Assembly: GCA_035221665.1 (NCBI GenBank)
Contig: CM069133.1
Span: forward strand, 126,604,001-126,668,000
Source: Okamejei kenojei
Lineage: Eukaryota
DNA length: 64,000 nucleotides
Direction: 5' to 3'
Shown here one piece after another: positions 13,530 to 26,039 of the stretch. Under the pieces are notes generated by a model, which saw nothing but the letters and a program-made list of their open reading frames with translations, was not told the origin of the DNA and did no database searches. A program made the translations under genes and the position numbers. Each line of letters starts with the position of its first letter. The first letter of the stretch is position 1.

Positions 13530-14200
13530 CCCCTCCATCCTACATGGCCCCTTTTCATCCTGTACTTACCCCCCTTCCCATCCATCCTGCACTGATCCGC
13601 CCATTCATCCTGTACTGATCCTCTCATTCATCCTGCACTGATCTCCCGATCCATCCTGTACTGAACCCCCCTCCATTTATTCTGCACCGACCCCCCCATT
13701 CATCCTGTACTTATCCACCCATTTATCCTGCACTGCTCCCCCGTCCATCCTGTTGTGATCCCTTCATTCATCCTGCACTGATCCACCTTCCATCCTGTAG
13801 TGCCCCCCATTCATCCTGCACTGATCCCCCATCCATCCTGTAGTGATGCCCCCCATTCATCCTGTACTGACCCCCCTCCCATTCATCCTGCGCTGACACC
13901 CCCCCCCCCCCATCCATCCTGAACTGATCCCCCCCCCATCCTGTACTGATCCCTACCCTCACCCACTGAGTTTCTCCAGCATTTCTGTCTACCCCATTCA
14001 TCCTGTACTGATCCTCCAACTGATCCCCGCATACATCCTGCACAGATCCCCCCCCGTCCATCCCGTACTTATCCTCCCATCCCCCCGCGCTCTCCCTCTC
14101 ACAATTTTACCGACTCCAACCAACACACACTCAATCCATCCATTCTGCACCGATTACCTTCTCAATCCCCCCCCCCTCCCCCCATCTATCCATCCCGCAC
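13530..14200. repeat. Minisatellite, ~22-bp unit ccccccattcatcctg(t/c)actgat
   Basis: More than 20 degenerate tandem copies inside the hAT-like element. Confidence 0.85.
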
Positions 14201-14711
14201 TGATTCACACACCCCCCACCCCGACCCTACTGTGCTGGAAATGTCTTCAGGACGAACATTGACTTTGTTTGATAACGGAATGCAATCAAATGTGTTTTAA
14301 TTCCCAATGTTATTATTAGTTTTAATCCATAAAGCTGGATTAATTAAATTGTGAACACGTGAAACATTAAAACTGCAGTGCTCGATTGTCACTGCTACCA
14401 TTGACACGTTATTACAGAATTCATTTTAACGGCAAATCAATGCTCTTAATATGGAATATCAGTACTGTAGTTATTTAATGAGCAACATTCACAACTAAAC
14501 GTTGGATTTATCCAGGTTTTACTTCTAGAGTCGGTCATATACATCACAAATTTGGTCAGGAGATATTTCAGTTGAAATTTTAATGTTAATTGTGAAATGG
14601 GAATGATGGAAACAGCGTTTATCAATAACTTTTTTTAAATCTGGTGCGTACAAACTGGGGGTTACACAAAGGGGAACTTCTTTAAACAGAAGTGTGGAGG
14701 CAGGATCGGCG

Positions 14712-15068
14712 GTGTGCAGCAGTATCTAAGGAGCGAAGGAGATAGGCGACGTTTCGGGTCGAGACCCTTCTTCAGACTGGTCAGGGATCAGGGAAACGAG
14801 AGATATAGACGGTGATGTGGAGGGATAAAGAACAATGAATGAAAGATATGCAAAAAAGTATCGATGATAAAGGGAACAAGCCATTGTAAGCTGTTTGTGG
14901 TGTGAAAATGAGAAGCTAGTGCAACTAGGGTGGGGGAGGGAGATAGAGATAGAGGGAATGCCAGGGCCCGAGGGCTGAGGGAGAGGTGGGAAGGGGAGGA
15001 GACAGCAAGGGTTAACAGAATTGAGAAAATTCAATGTTCATAACAGAACTGAGAAAATTCAATGTTCA
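14712..15068 (-). mobile_element. Penelope-like terminal repeat
   Basis: Reverse complement is nearly identical to 34125-34450. Confidence 0.8.
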
Positions 15069-16423
15069 CCTCCCAGTGCATACAAACTGGGTATCTTCAT
15101 TGCACAACACATACATCTAATCGGAATGTCCGGTAATATGGCGCCTTGACACTTTTAAACATATTACCAAACATTTGCTGCAGTTATGTCCTTTGGCCGT
15201 CTCTTGTCAGTTAGTGTAATGTTTAACCTGTCAGATGGGTAGAATCGGTTTTAACAGCTATTATCATAAAATGCCTTTAGAAATGTCCTTGCAACCTGTA
15301 TATTTTGTCGTGGATAAATTATGTGGGAAGCAAGAGTGTTTCTGTGCCAATAGCAATAACGACCCATGCTATGGCCATGTCATGATAATTTGCGGTCCTT
15401 CACAGAAAACATGCTTGCATCAATCTGTAGTGTACATGGTTAAGCATATATGTTACCATGGTCCAGGATTAATTGACACAGGTTGATCATACTTTGAATA
15501 ATCCAACCACATTTTTGTTTGGAAGTGGAAAGAAATAATAGAAATTGCATTAATTGCAATGTGTAAAAAGAGTTGAGATACTGTATTATAAATTTGTTGC
15601 ATGTCATTGTGGGATATATCATGTCTTGATTAGTGAATATGTTTAGTTTGTGACTTCATTTGAAGCAGAAATAATACGTGAATGCTTCATTGAGCATAAT
15701 TCCGACTGGTAACTACGCACTTCCTCCGAGCACATTATCGCACGCGTCATGGAAGCCATCTTAAATGACCACCTAAACTGTGATTTGGCCACCTGAAAAG
15801 CTGCCTGGGTTGCCCGGGTGGCAACAGGGAAAAAAAATTAAGTGAGAGCCCTGCTGTACCACACCTACTCCGGATTTCCTGGTATTTCTGTTGTCTAACT
15901 TGCCATTTAAAGGCCTGATATACAAATAGATTCATTCCTATTAACCTGCCTTCATAAAGGAGCAGAAATATGATCAGCTCGCCATGCACTCCCTCGTCCC
16001 CGGTCTCCCAGAACCTTAGAGGTATGCTTGTCATCATTTTTGTAGCCTGTCATTAAACTTTGTATCCTGAACGAATTGGACTGATGAGTCCCAATTCAGC
16101 ACTAGCCTGTAAAGGTTTCAAGGTCAGTTTATTGTCATGTGTACCAATTAAGGTACAGTGAAATTTGAAAACTTCAGTCTTTACTTCTCTCCAGAGATGC
16201 TACCTGTCCTGCTGAGCTATTCCAGTATTTTGTGTCTAGCCTTGAAATACTGGCTACTGGCACTGACAACATATGGCCATAAATTCTGGACAACAACTTA
16301 TCTGAACCGACTTCTAATGCAATAATACAAAAAACAGACCAGTCAGATTTGAGTGTGTTATTATTATGCTCAAGTAGCCTGGCTTTTTAAATGGCCTTAC
16401 AGACCATTCCCTCCTTCTGCATT

Positions 16424-16733
16424 GAAACATAGAAACATAGAAAATAGGTGCAGGAGTAGGTCATTCGGCCTTTCGAGCCTGCACCGCCATTCAATATGAT
16501 CATGGCTGATCATCCAACTCAGTATCCTGTACCTGCCTTCTCTCCATACCCCTGATCCCTTCAGCCACAAGGGCCACATCTAACTCTCTCTTAAATATAG
16601 CCAATGAACTGGCCTCAACTACCTTCTGTGGCAGAGAATTCCAGAGACTCACCACTCTCTGTGAAAATTTTTTTCCTCATCTCGGTCATAAAGGAATTTC
16701 CCCCATATCCTTGGACTGTGACCCCTTGTTCTG
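16424..16733 (-). mobile_element. CR1 (HER1-like) LINE 3' end
   Basis: (tttctatg)n tail on the minus strand; nearly identical to 54898-55200. Confidence 0.8.
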
Positions 16734-17894
16734 GTGGAAGTACTGGTCATTCACTCCTTTCATTACAGGAGGAGTAGATGACCATTGTTCCATATCAGTT
16801 CTGGGTAACTCTGCAAGCAAATGTACACGTGGATAGATCTGCTGTTCTTGGAGAGGCAGCAACACGCTAACTAACCCATCTTCTATTAAACAGTAAACAG
16901 TATTGTACGTGTGAATTTTCCAGTAACTTATTCAGTGAAAAATATTTCAGCAAAACATCAAAAAATATTCTTGACTAAACTTTTAGATTTTGTTGCAATT
17001 GATAATTTTACTGAACTTGTTTAAGCTACATAATAGATGTTATGAATCATAAAATAAAATCTGAAGTAGACATTTGTTAATATCTACAAAAATGCTATCG
17101 ATCTGGATTGTAAAACCATTGAAGAACTGCTCAATGGTGTTTTAATTGCAATTATGGAGTGAAAACAACCATTTTAAACATCAGGCTAAACCAAATGTTA
17201 ACATCCATAAACTAATCCATTCAAAATATTGGTCCCACAAGATAATTTATTACTGAAAAAGTCAAAAACCTTAAACCCGTTAATTTAGTGTTCCTGGAAA
17301 ACAGAATGTATCTTCAAAAACCTAAGAATTAATGTAATATAAATAGAATGATTTAAACGACAAGCAAAAATCCATATTTTATTTTAGCTTTAATTCAAAT
17401 AACCAACTAAGTTTTGCGCAGCACAATTTATTTTTACTTTCACCACAGAGCAATTTCCTTCCACCAACACCCCTGCAAAATTCTGCTGTATTGACTCACT
17501 AAAAATCTATTCAAACAATGATTAGCTTCTTGCCACTGTATAATGTGGCATAGATCCCTGTGGAAAATGACATACGCATACTTATAAAACAAATAAAATT
17601 CAGGTTAAATGGCCGATTAAAAGTTTAGTTCCGGAATTCTTTGCTTTAGTTTGGCCAGAAGGAAATGGAAATAGAAGACTTATAAAAAGTACTTTAAACA
17701 GAGGGTGGTTCCACCATCCTTGTTCATTAACAGGTTTCAGCATAGGATGATTTGTTATCATTTCTTACAATGAACCATTTGAAATAATGGTTGAATGCCA
17801 TACTTCATGCCAATAACAGGTGACCAGCTGGATATTTTCAGTAGTGTTTTACCTATAAGATATATTGCAGAACCACTTCAGCACTGCCAAGGCC

Positions 17895-18220
17895 TGATGG
17901 AATCCCCCCCGTTGCTAACCAGTTTAATTCCCCTTCCCATATTGACAACCCAATGAACATTGAATTCATTGAATTCTCCTGTTTTATGTAACTAACTTCC
18001 AAACACACCACTCTCCTCCGCACCCCCACTCCCCCAACTATCAGCCAATAATTGTATCCACCTATCATTTGCCAGACTTTATCCTGCCCGCACCTCTTCT
18101 CCAGTTTTATTCCCACCCACCCATCACACACTCTACAATCAGTCTGAGGAATGGCCCCAACCTAAAACATCAGATGCTCCCTGTCCCGCTGAGTTACTCC
18201 AACATTTTAGGTCTTTTTTT
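17895..18220 (+). mobile_element. Degraded Penelope-like 3' fragment
   Basis: tttaattccccttcccat, atgaacattgaattc and a degenerate terminal motif at 18144. Confidence 0.55.
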
Positions 18221-19074
18221 GATTATATCATAAGCATGCTTGCTAATCAGTCCAATCCAAGAAGAAACTTAGGACATTATTGTAATATGCCCCCATTATG
18301 ATATTATGATTATGTTTGTTCTCCTCTGTTGGGGCCCTTTGCTTGTCTTTCCTCCTTCCTGTGTTAACATCACAGAACCATAGAATGAGCCAGGTGGCCA
18401 TTTGAACTGGCCTGCCAGAACTTTTAAATGTACAATTCCTCTGGTATTTGCTTCGCATGAGATTGCATAGGATTCAAGGAGAGCTAGTCAATTGGATAGA
18501 GAATTGTCTTCATGGGAGGAGGCAGGGGGTGATGGTGGAAGGTTGTTTTTCAGACTGGAGGCCTGTGATTAGTGATATGTCTCATACGATAAGATAGAAC
18601 TTTATTTATCCCAGGTGGGAAATTAATTTGCCAAGTCATAAAAAACACAAAATACATGAAAATAAAGTGATGAGTGGTAAGGCTTTGGGGATGTGCAAAT
18701 ATTGAGGTGGTGTGGAGGGGTCAGTCTCAGTCTACCCCATGACAGAAGGTGTTGTAAAGTTTGAAAGCCACAAGAAGGATCTCCTGTGACGTGCTGCTCA
18801 TGGACTGGTGCTGGACCCATTGCTGTTTGTGAGTTACAGCAACGATTTGGATGGGAATGTAGGCATGACAGCCAAAGTGATAGACTTGATGGGACGAATG
18901 GTCTAATTCTGCTCCTCTCACTTATGGCCGTATGCATTTGGCGGGGAAAATTTAGCAGCATTGATTCAACCAGTGTGGAAACAGGTTCTTCAGCCCAACT
19001 GGCCCACAAAGATGCCCCATCCACAATCTGCACACCCATGTCTTCCTTTCTCCATCCCTTCCACCCATGTTCCT

Positions 19075-19340
19075 TCTGTAAACTGCGGAGGCCTCAAGTA
19101 GGCCCCGACCACGGGTGAACTAAGAGGAGGAGGACTGGACTTTTTAGTGCCTTCCCTCACAGTGGAAAGTGTTGATTCTGCTGTGGGGAGACGTTCATGT
19201 TAAATTCTATAGATTGTTGTGTCTTTTTAATTTTTTTTAATTTTATATGGATGTATGGTAATCTGATTTCTTATCTGTAAAACACTGGCTTCAACGTGAC
19301 TTGATTTAAAAGTGCTTTATAAATAAAAATTACTTACTTA
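19075..19340 (+). mobile_element. 3' part of a non-coding retroposon family (second copy at 35795-36405)
   Basis: Shared gccttcc.tcacagtg...gctgtg..g.....tt.atgttaa segment, AATAAA and a short tandem tail (ttac)n. Confidence 0.5.
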
Positions 19341-19974
19341 CTAAAGAATTTAATCAGCTAGCTTCCTTCCAATCCCCTTTGCCATGACAGCCTTGCATCA
19401 ACCTACTGCCTTAATTTTCCATTTATTGAACCTTCACTACTCCTTATTCTACTTTCATGAACCTCAAATGTAACTTTTTTTCCCCACATCTAGGTTTTAT
19501 TTGCTTTAAATAACATTCATTAATAAAATATTCAACAGTGAAGAAAAACTCTCCTGAAGATGTTTGAGGGAAGATTTTCAGTTTCACAACATGTGGTCGA
19601 TTACCACTAACTTGAAGGTGATCTCAATTGCCTTCAAAAATGGATGTTTATTTTTAAAAAGGCTAATTTAATCAAATGTTTTTCCCTCCCCTCTCTCCAT
19701 TATTTAATAAAACCTATGAAAGATTCCACATGAAAGTTGCAATCAAAATGAAACAAGAATCTTTTCCAATCTCTCATACACAAAAAATAAACTCTCTCTA
19801 ATTAACGTCAGAAATCATGCAAAGGTTTTCAAGGTTTGTTTCTGAAGTAAAACTATTAACAGAATATCCTGGGAAGTAGACATACATAACCACAGCTGAC
19901 TGATGTATGTTAGAAAATTAAACACACTATATTCTGAAACTGCCCAAACAAATTCACCTTAGAGCCATTATCCT

Positions 19975-22290
19975 ATACATAGAACAGTACAGGATGTCTG
20001 CCCACAGAATCTGCACCGAACATGATGCCAAATTAAACTAATCTCTGAAGAAGGGTTTCGGCCCGAAACGCTGCCTATTTCTTTCGCTTCATAGATGCTG
20101 CCACGCCCGCTGAGTTTCACCAGCACTTTTGTCGACCTTCGATTTTCCAGCATCTGCAGTTCCTTCTTAAACTAATCATATTAATCTCTTCTGCCTGCAT
20201 GTGATTCACATCCCTCCATTCCCTGTATATTCATGTGCGTATCTAAAAGTCTCAAACTTCACCATTATATCTGCTTTCCTTACCAACCTTGGCATTCCAG
20301 GCACCTAACATTTTCTACATTAAAAAAATTGCCACAACTGCTCAAATGTACGAAAGTTCAAAAAGCTGCAACATGACTTACTGACTCTTATACTCAATGC
20401 CCTGACCAATAAAGGCAAGCATACCATACACTTTACCACTATCTACTTGTATTGCTACTTTCAGGAAGCTATAGACTTGGAACTCATGATTCCTCTGTAC
20501 GTCACTTCTGTGAACGACGCTGCCGCCAAACCTACCGTAATGTATTCCGCCGCCAGGTCAATGGGCACGTTTGACGGCCGCCAATCCCTCCCACATGACC
20601 AGCCCGGAGCCGACCACCGGGGCTGAGAAGCTGCGGCTGCCACCGCTCCCCCGCCAGCTGCTCCAGGAGCTGCGAGTTTATCAGCATCCTGCCCACAGCA
20701 TCTCCGGCACCGTCGCCCGCCGGCAACAGGGAGCGAGCAGGCCCACCCATCACCCCGCCGGCCGCTGCGCAAGTCCAAGCCACCCAATCGCCTATCTGGG
20801 GCGGCTGCCCAAAGACGTTCTTTAATTCCAGCTATCGTTAATTGTTGTTATCGACGATCCCCAGCCTCTGGCTGCCTGTCCGGTTGAGCAGTGGTCGGCC
20901 CAACAGCGGGGTGGAGCCTCGGCCAGTCGTGCATCAGCGGTCCCGCGATGGCTTCCCCGAGAGCTTCCAGTCTCCGCCGTGGGCGCAGCAGTGCAGCCGG
21001 TCTCCGACGACACTGGCGAAGGTGGGTGGAGTTCCTACTTGCAGCAATTCCCGTCGACGCCTGCCGCCCCGCATGCATCCAGGAATTGCCTCGGTTGGCA
21101 GCCAGTAAAGGCCGCCGCGGTTGACTGCTAAAATGGCCACCACGGCCGGCCAGAAGCGACGCTCGACCTGATCTGGCTACCGTCAACAACGCCACCTTTC
21201 GGCCAGATGCTGTCTCTGCAGTCGACCGCCGTCAACAGCGCCACCTCAGGTCAGATGGTGACTCTACTCCTGACCGCCGTTAACAGCACCACTTCACGTC
21301 GGATGGTGTCACTGCAACCTCCAGTTTTCCAACAGTTTCTCATTAGACATTAGACAATTTGAGTTTTTAGTTTTCTACCACTTTGGACGTTTGCTCACTC
21401 TAATTTTTTTTTTCTCTTTTCACACTGTAATGACCTCGCTGGGTTTAGCTATTAGTTTATTGATATTTCTTTGTATTTTCTTTGGTTTGCATTGTTGCCG
21501 ATGTCTCCCAGCCATTGATGGGTGCCGTATTTCTCGGGACACGATCCTCTGCTGGTCGATGAGATGCGACTGTGTCTCATCCGTCCTGTGATTTTTTTTT
21601 GCATCGTTCGCCTGGCCCCACGGTCCATGTCCGACCAGGCCCACGTAGTGCACCGACTGCGCCCGCGGGCGTGTGGTCCCGACTCGTGGCCAGGGGCGCA
21701 CGACCCGTTGCAGAAGCCGCCCTCGACCATGCTTGCACACCTCTGGTAGTAGGTTAGTGTGCTCTATCCCTTTTGGCCTGTGGGTTTACGATTTTTTGGC
21801 TGCCACGTTTTGTTGGCCTGCTCGTTTTCCTTTCTCCGGTTATGTGGAGGGGTCACCTGATGGTCAGACCACTTACTGTCGAACCCTCGTCAGTGGTTAC
21901 GAGGACTGTCACGTGACGTCATGGGTTAAGGGGAGTGTCCTGCTACATCAGCAGATCTTACCCTGAGATCATGAGTCAACAGGTAGCTGAGCTTGAGTCA
22001 ACACCCTCGCTCAGCAGCAGCAGCAGCAATGCCCCAATATGTCCCAAACGCACGTCAAACTTATCTCACCGAATAAAGTAACTGTTTGATCACAAAGTTT
22101 GGACTCACTACATTATATATTTTTTCCCTTGACCTCCCAAAGTGCAACCCCTCCCAATTGCCCGGATTAAATTCTAGTTGCCATTTCTCCGCCTATATTT
22201 GTAAATGTTCAACATTGTACTTTGCTGTCCCAAACTTCACAAATTTTAGTGTCATCTTGCAAACCAACCCATCTACATTTTTGCCCAATT
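19975..22290 (-). mobile_element. Old CR1 fragment interrupted by a Penelope terminus (20043-20170) and an LTR element (~20500-22112)
   Basis: CR1-like RT 3' sequence on both sides of the GC-rich insert. Confidence 0.5.
20500..22112 (+). mobile_element. 5'-truncated non-autonomous Gypsy-derived LTR element (family of 36491-38284)
   Basis: Internal region collinear with the reverse complement of 36790-37940; 3' LTR ~21843-22112 with AATAAA, ending in CTACA. Confidence 0.75.
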
Positions 22291-22349
22291 CCACTAATCA
22301 GTTGAAACACTGCATGCTGTACAGGCATGCCTTTACTTCAACTGAAGTG

Positions 22350-22700
22350 AATAGTGAAAGACCTGGATAGAGTAAATGTAGAGAGCATGTTTCCAACTAG
22401 TGAGAGAATCTAAGACGAGAAGCCATGGTCGCATAATAAAAGGATGTACCTGTAGAAATGAGAGGAGGAAGAATTTGTTTAGTCGGTGTGGTGAATCTGT
22501 TTAATTCATTGCCAGACAGCTGTGGAGACCAAGGCAATGGATATTTTTAAGGCGGAGATTGACAAATTCGCGATTAGTAAGGGTGTTGGGGTCATGGTGA
22601 GAATGGGTTTGACAGGGAAAGATGGATCAGCCATGATTACATTGGGGATTAGACTTGATGAGCTGAAAGGCCTAATTCTGCTCCTAGAACTTATGTTGAC
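22350..22700 (+). mobile_element. CR1 LINE 3' end
   Basis: VVNLFNSLPDS...MDIFKAEIDKF plus tail ggcctaattctgctcct. Confidence 0.65.
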
Positions 22701-23769
22701 CATTCCAACAAACTCATGGTCAGCTGCCTAGTTCTACTCTCCATAGAAATTAGGTCAAAGTTCTGCTGCCCTAATTAACACCATTGTCTATCCTAACAAT
22801 TACTGTATTTCTCTTAGCAAGTTGCTTAAAATTGAAGGTGACATGCTTCCATTCCTGTTCAATTACGAGACCAACATGGGAACCAGAAATGGTGCAAGAG
22901 GCACTCGACTGATTAGATGGGTAGTTTGAGAGGTGGTGCACTACTTCCATCATTTATGCAATCTCCTCTCTGGACCTTGCACACAGAATTGAGGTTTCTT
23001 GATGCCATCTCTATTTTAAAAGCCACAGAAGTATTCCAAAGAATTTGTGTGAATATTACACACCTTTAAGTAAAAGTTGCATAACTCTGAACCTTATCCT
23101 CTTCTGCTTGGTAATCTCTTCCCGTGACAAATCTCAGAACAGATTCTGTGACAGATACTTGGTTACAGTAAGCACAATTACTTATGTGCAGACCCCTGGT
23201 TGAGATCGGATAGATTTTAAACTTCTCTAGGTTGTTTAGAAATCCCACCATGGACTTGCCCTCCCTGTCCCCATCTCATCTATAAGCTTCTGCATTCCTC
23301 CAATTCTGACCTCTTTGTTCATCCCAGAAATTAATCAATTCATCATAAGTGGCCATTTCTTCAATTATCGTGCCCAAAGACGTTGAAATGTTCCTGCACA
23401 AATCTTTTGTTGAAAATAAAGATAATCCTTAAAATCTACGCTTCTGACTTGTCCAATCACATTTTGTTCAATTTTATTCCTGTACACAACTTGGAACATT
23501 TTGTAACATTAAAAAAATATCAATGCAAACTTATATTTACATGTTTAGTGTAACGCTGACAAATTGATTGTACAATTAAGCCATAAACAGGATGGAATTT
23601 TAACCATAAACAGGATAGAATTGTAAAAGTGCATATCACTGCATCATTCTGCCCCACCGATTATACATCGATAGATTTAAGTGCAACAAAACCTGTAGTC
23701 TTGTTCTCTCCTGCCACCTTGTGGATGTAATGTTCACAAAATGTGGGAAATTACTGAAGAAACCTATTT

Positions 23770-24240
23770 TTGTGTTGGAAGGAACTGCAGATGCTGGTTT
23801 GCATCAAAGATCGACACAATGCTGGAGTAACTCAGCGGGAGAGTGACGAGATATACAAAAATAAAATTAATCAGGACAGTGAAACTAGTCAGAGAACTAG
23901 GGTGGGGGGAGGGTCAGAGAGGGAAAGCAAGGGTTACAAAGTTGAAAGACTTCTCTAACTTGAAGTAAACCTTGCTTTTCCCTCTCTCTCTCCCTCCCCA
24001 CATAAGTTCTCCAACTAGTTTCACTTTCCTGATTAATTTTGCTGTTTGAATGCCTCATTGTCACATTTCCCCTGAACCATTCTACATTTCCTTGATCATC
24101 GTCTGCTTTGATCTTATATTCTCTTTGTACCCATCCATATCTCCAGTTTCTCTCTCCCCTGACTCAGTCTGAAGAATGGTCTTGACCCAACACATCACCC
24201 ACACTTTCTCTCTAGAGATGCTACCTGTCCTGATGAGTTT
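23770..24240. mobile_element. Penelope terminal repeats in inverted arrangement
   Basis: Minus-oriented piece 23770-23935 faces plus-oriented piece 23955-24240; terminal motif at 24169. Confidence 0.6.
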
Positions 24241-24871
24241 CCTTTTCATCTCTGGCCTTTGGTGATGGGTACGTAAAGTGGGATCAGTATGGGGTTTGAG
24301 CATGATGTGCACTTGACTGGCAGCATGGACTCAATTGGCTAAAGGTTTCCCTTCTGCCTGACTCAATTATCTCCTGATCTAGGACCGCGTTGCAACTGAC
24401 ATTAAACCTCATCTTTGATGGACATAATAGTCTCAACCCACAAAGAATCCGTGATTACGCTGCAGCAAGTTGTAACTTGCACTAAATGTTGTACCCTTTA
24501 TCCGTGCAGTGTGGATATCTTGATTGTATTCATGTATAGTCTTTTCTTTGAATAGACAGCACACAAATTCTTTTCACTGTACTCGCGACAATAATCTAAA
24601 TTCAAATCTTAATTTTTCATCCTAAAGCTCTGGTATCTTCATTCATCAAACATCATTCTTTTTAATAATTATTGCCCAAAGGATAGCCGCAAGTGACAAT
24701 ATTGCAGAAAATGTAGATCAGGAAGCAACTGTGGAAAAAATATTGACTGCATGGTTGTTTGATTTGTTGGGTAATGCCAACTGTTTTATTTCAGATGTAC
24801 AGCACCTGAAGTATTTTGCATTTGATCACTAACTTACAATTGCTATTAAGTTGCATTAGTTATCCATCCTA

Positions 24872-25645
24872 ATGGGCCTGTCCCACTTAGCCGATTTTTT
24901 AGGCGACTGCAGGAGTATGCGGTCGCCACATATTCGCAGGTGGTTGCCAGGGAGTGGCCTTCATGGTTGTGAGGAGATCCCACATTTTGGGAACTAGTCG
25001 CGGCCTCATTATAGATGCCGCAAATTTTTCAACGTGTTGAAAAAATTCGCGGCGACCAGATTGAAGCTGCCATGGAGAGTAGCGAGAATTCTCGTGCCAT
25101 AGGTGCAGTGATAGTGGGTTACCAGGAGGTGGAAGGTTGTCGTAAGCTCTAGCTGCTGCTGACTGGTGAATTTCATTGGCTCATTGGGAAAAAAAAACAT
25201 AAGCCATAGTTTTCAGAACCAATGATAACCGACATGATAATGTCTGCCGAGCTTCATAGCCGTGTATCTCAGGCTTTTTAAAAGTTGTCTCCACTCCTTT
25301 CCCCCCCCCCCCTCCCCCCCCCCCCCCCTCTCAAGGACTTACGTCACCCTTCCCGTACACTGTGCTTTCACCGTCTTAATTACAGCGCCAACCTTTCTGT
25401 TCATCACAGTGTGTCTGTATCACATTGGCTTTACACCGTGNNNNNNNNNNNNNNNNNNNNNNNNNNNNNNNNNNNNNNNNNNNNNNNNNNNNNNNNNNNN
25501 NNNNNNNNNNNNNNNNNNNNNNNNNNNNNNNNNNNNNNNNNNNNNNNNNNNNNNNNNNNNNNNNNNNNNNNNNNNNNAGTCGTCGTTCCAGTTGCCGGTT
25601 TTTCAGGCAGTCGCCTGAAAAATCACCTAAGTGGGACAGGCCCAT
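24872..25645. mobile_element. TIR MITE (possibly PIF/Harbinger-related)
   Basis: Perfect inverted termini atgggcctgtcccacttag / ctaagtgggacaggcccat, imperfectly extended by ttttt(a/c)aggcgactgc; flanked by TA. Spans an assembly gap. Confidence 0.8.
25441..25577. other. Assembly gap (137 N)
   Basis: Run of n. Confidence 1.
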
Positions 25646-26039
25646 TAGGCTCAAAGAAAACAAAGTTGAACTTCAGATTCTTTACCCAAATGAAGTCTAT
25701 CTTAAGTTATACACATGAAAAAAGTAGCCAATGACAAGGAAAAGAAACAAAACAAAAATGCACATTTGGCCAGCAGGAATGATTACTTTTGTCATATTAG
25801 TTTCCAACAATTTATGTACTTTATACAAAAACTAAACAATTTCCGTGACATTCAATTAGCATTCCGAAAATGTTTTGAATGTAGACTTAACAGTGCATGT
25901 AGATTTCAATCGTTTTATTACATCAAGCGGGAAATAAGCAGATGCATTATATCAAAGGTCAACAATGCTATCTAAATGTACAATTCATGGATAAATCCAT
26001 TTACAAACATTCAATGTTCAGCAGCACTGGGTGGTCCTT

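Larger units (their letters stand above)
12713..15853. mobile_element. Non-autonomous hAT-like DNA transposon, 3141 bp, 5-bp TSD
   Basis: Termini CAGGGCTCgaaaTTAA / TTAAgtgaGAGCCCTG, repeated subterminal ggttgcc/ggcaac/ggccacct motifs at both ends, CTGTA duplicated on both flanks. No transposase recognised. Confidence 0.7.

Noticed and set aside
12863-13595. Long ORFs (195 aa and 123 aa) and GC-rich patch as a gene or CpG-island promoter
   Set aside because: Low-complexity translations of (CT)n and GC-rich filler inside the hAT-like element.
13530-14200. Regularly spaced ~22-bp repeats as a CRISPR array
   Set aside because: Units are contiguous and degenerate with no unique spacers, there are no cas genes, and the context is eukaryotic; it is a minisatellite.
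23064-23150. Possible exon with in-frame TGA (NLF*DLSREEITKQKRIRFRVMQLLLK) suggesting a selenoprotein
   Set aside because: Weak splice signals, no Cys/Sec motif context, no SECIS seen; chance is the simpler explanation.
25262-25734. ORFs spanning the N run
   Set aside because: Artefacts of translating through an assembly gap within a MITE.
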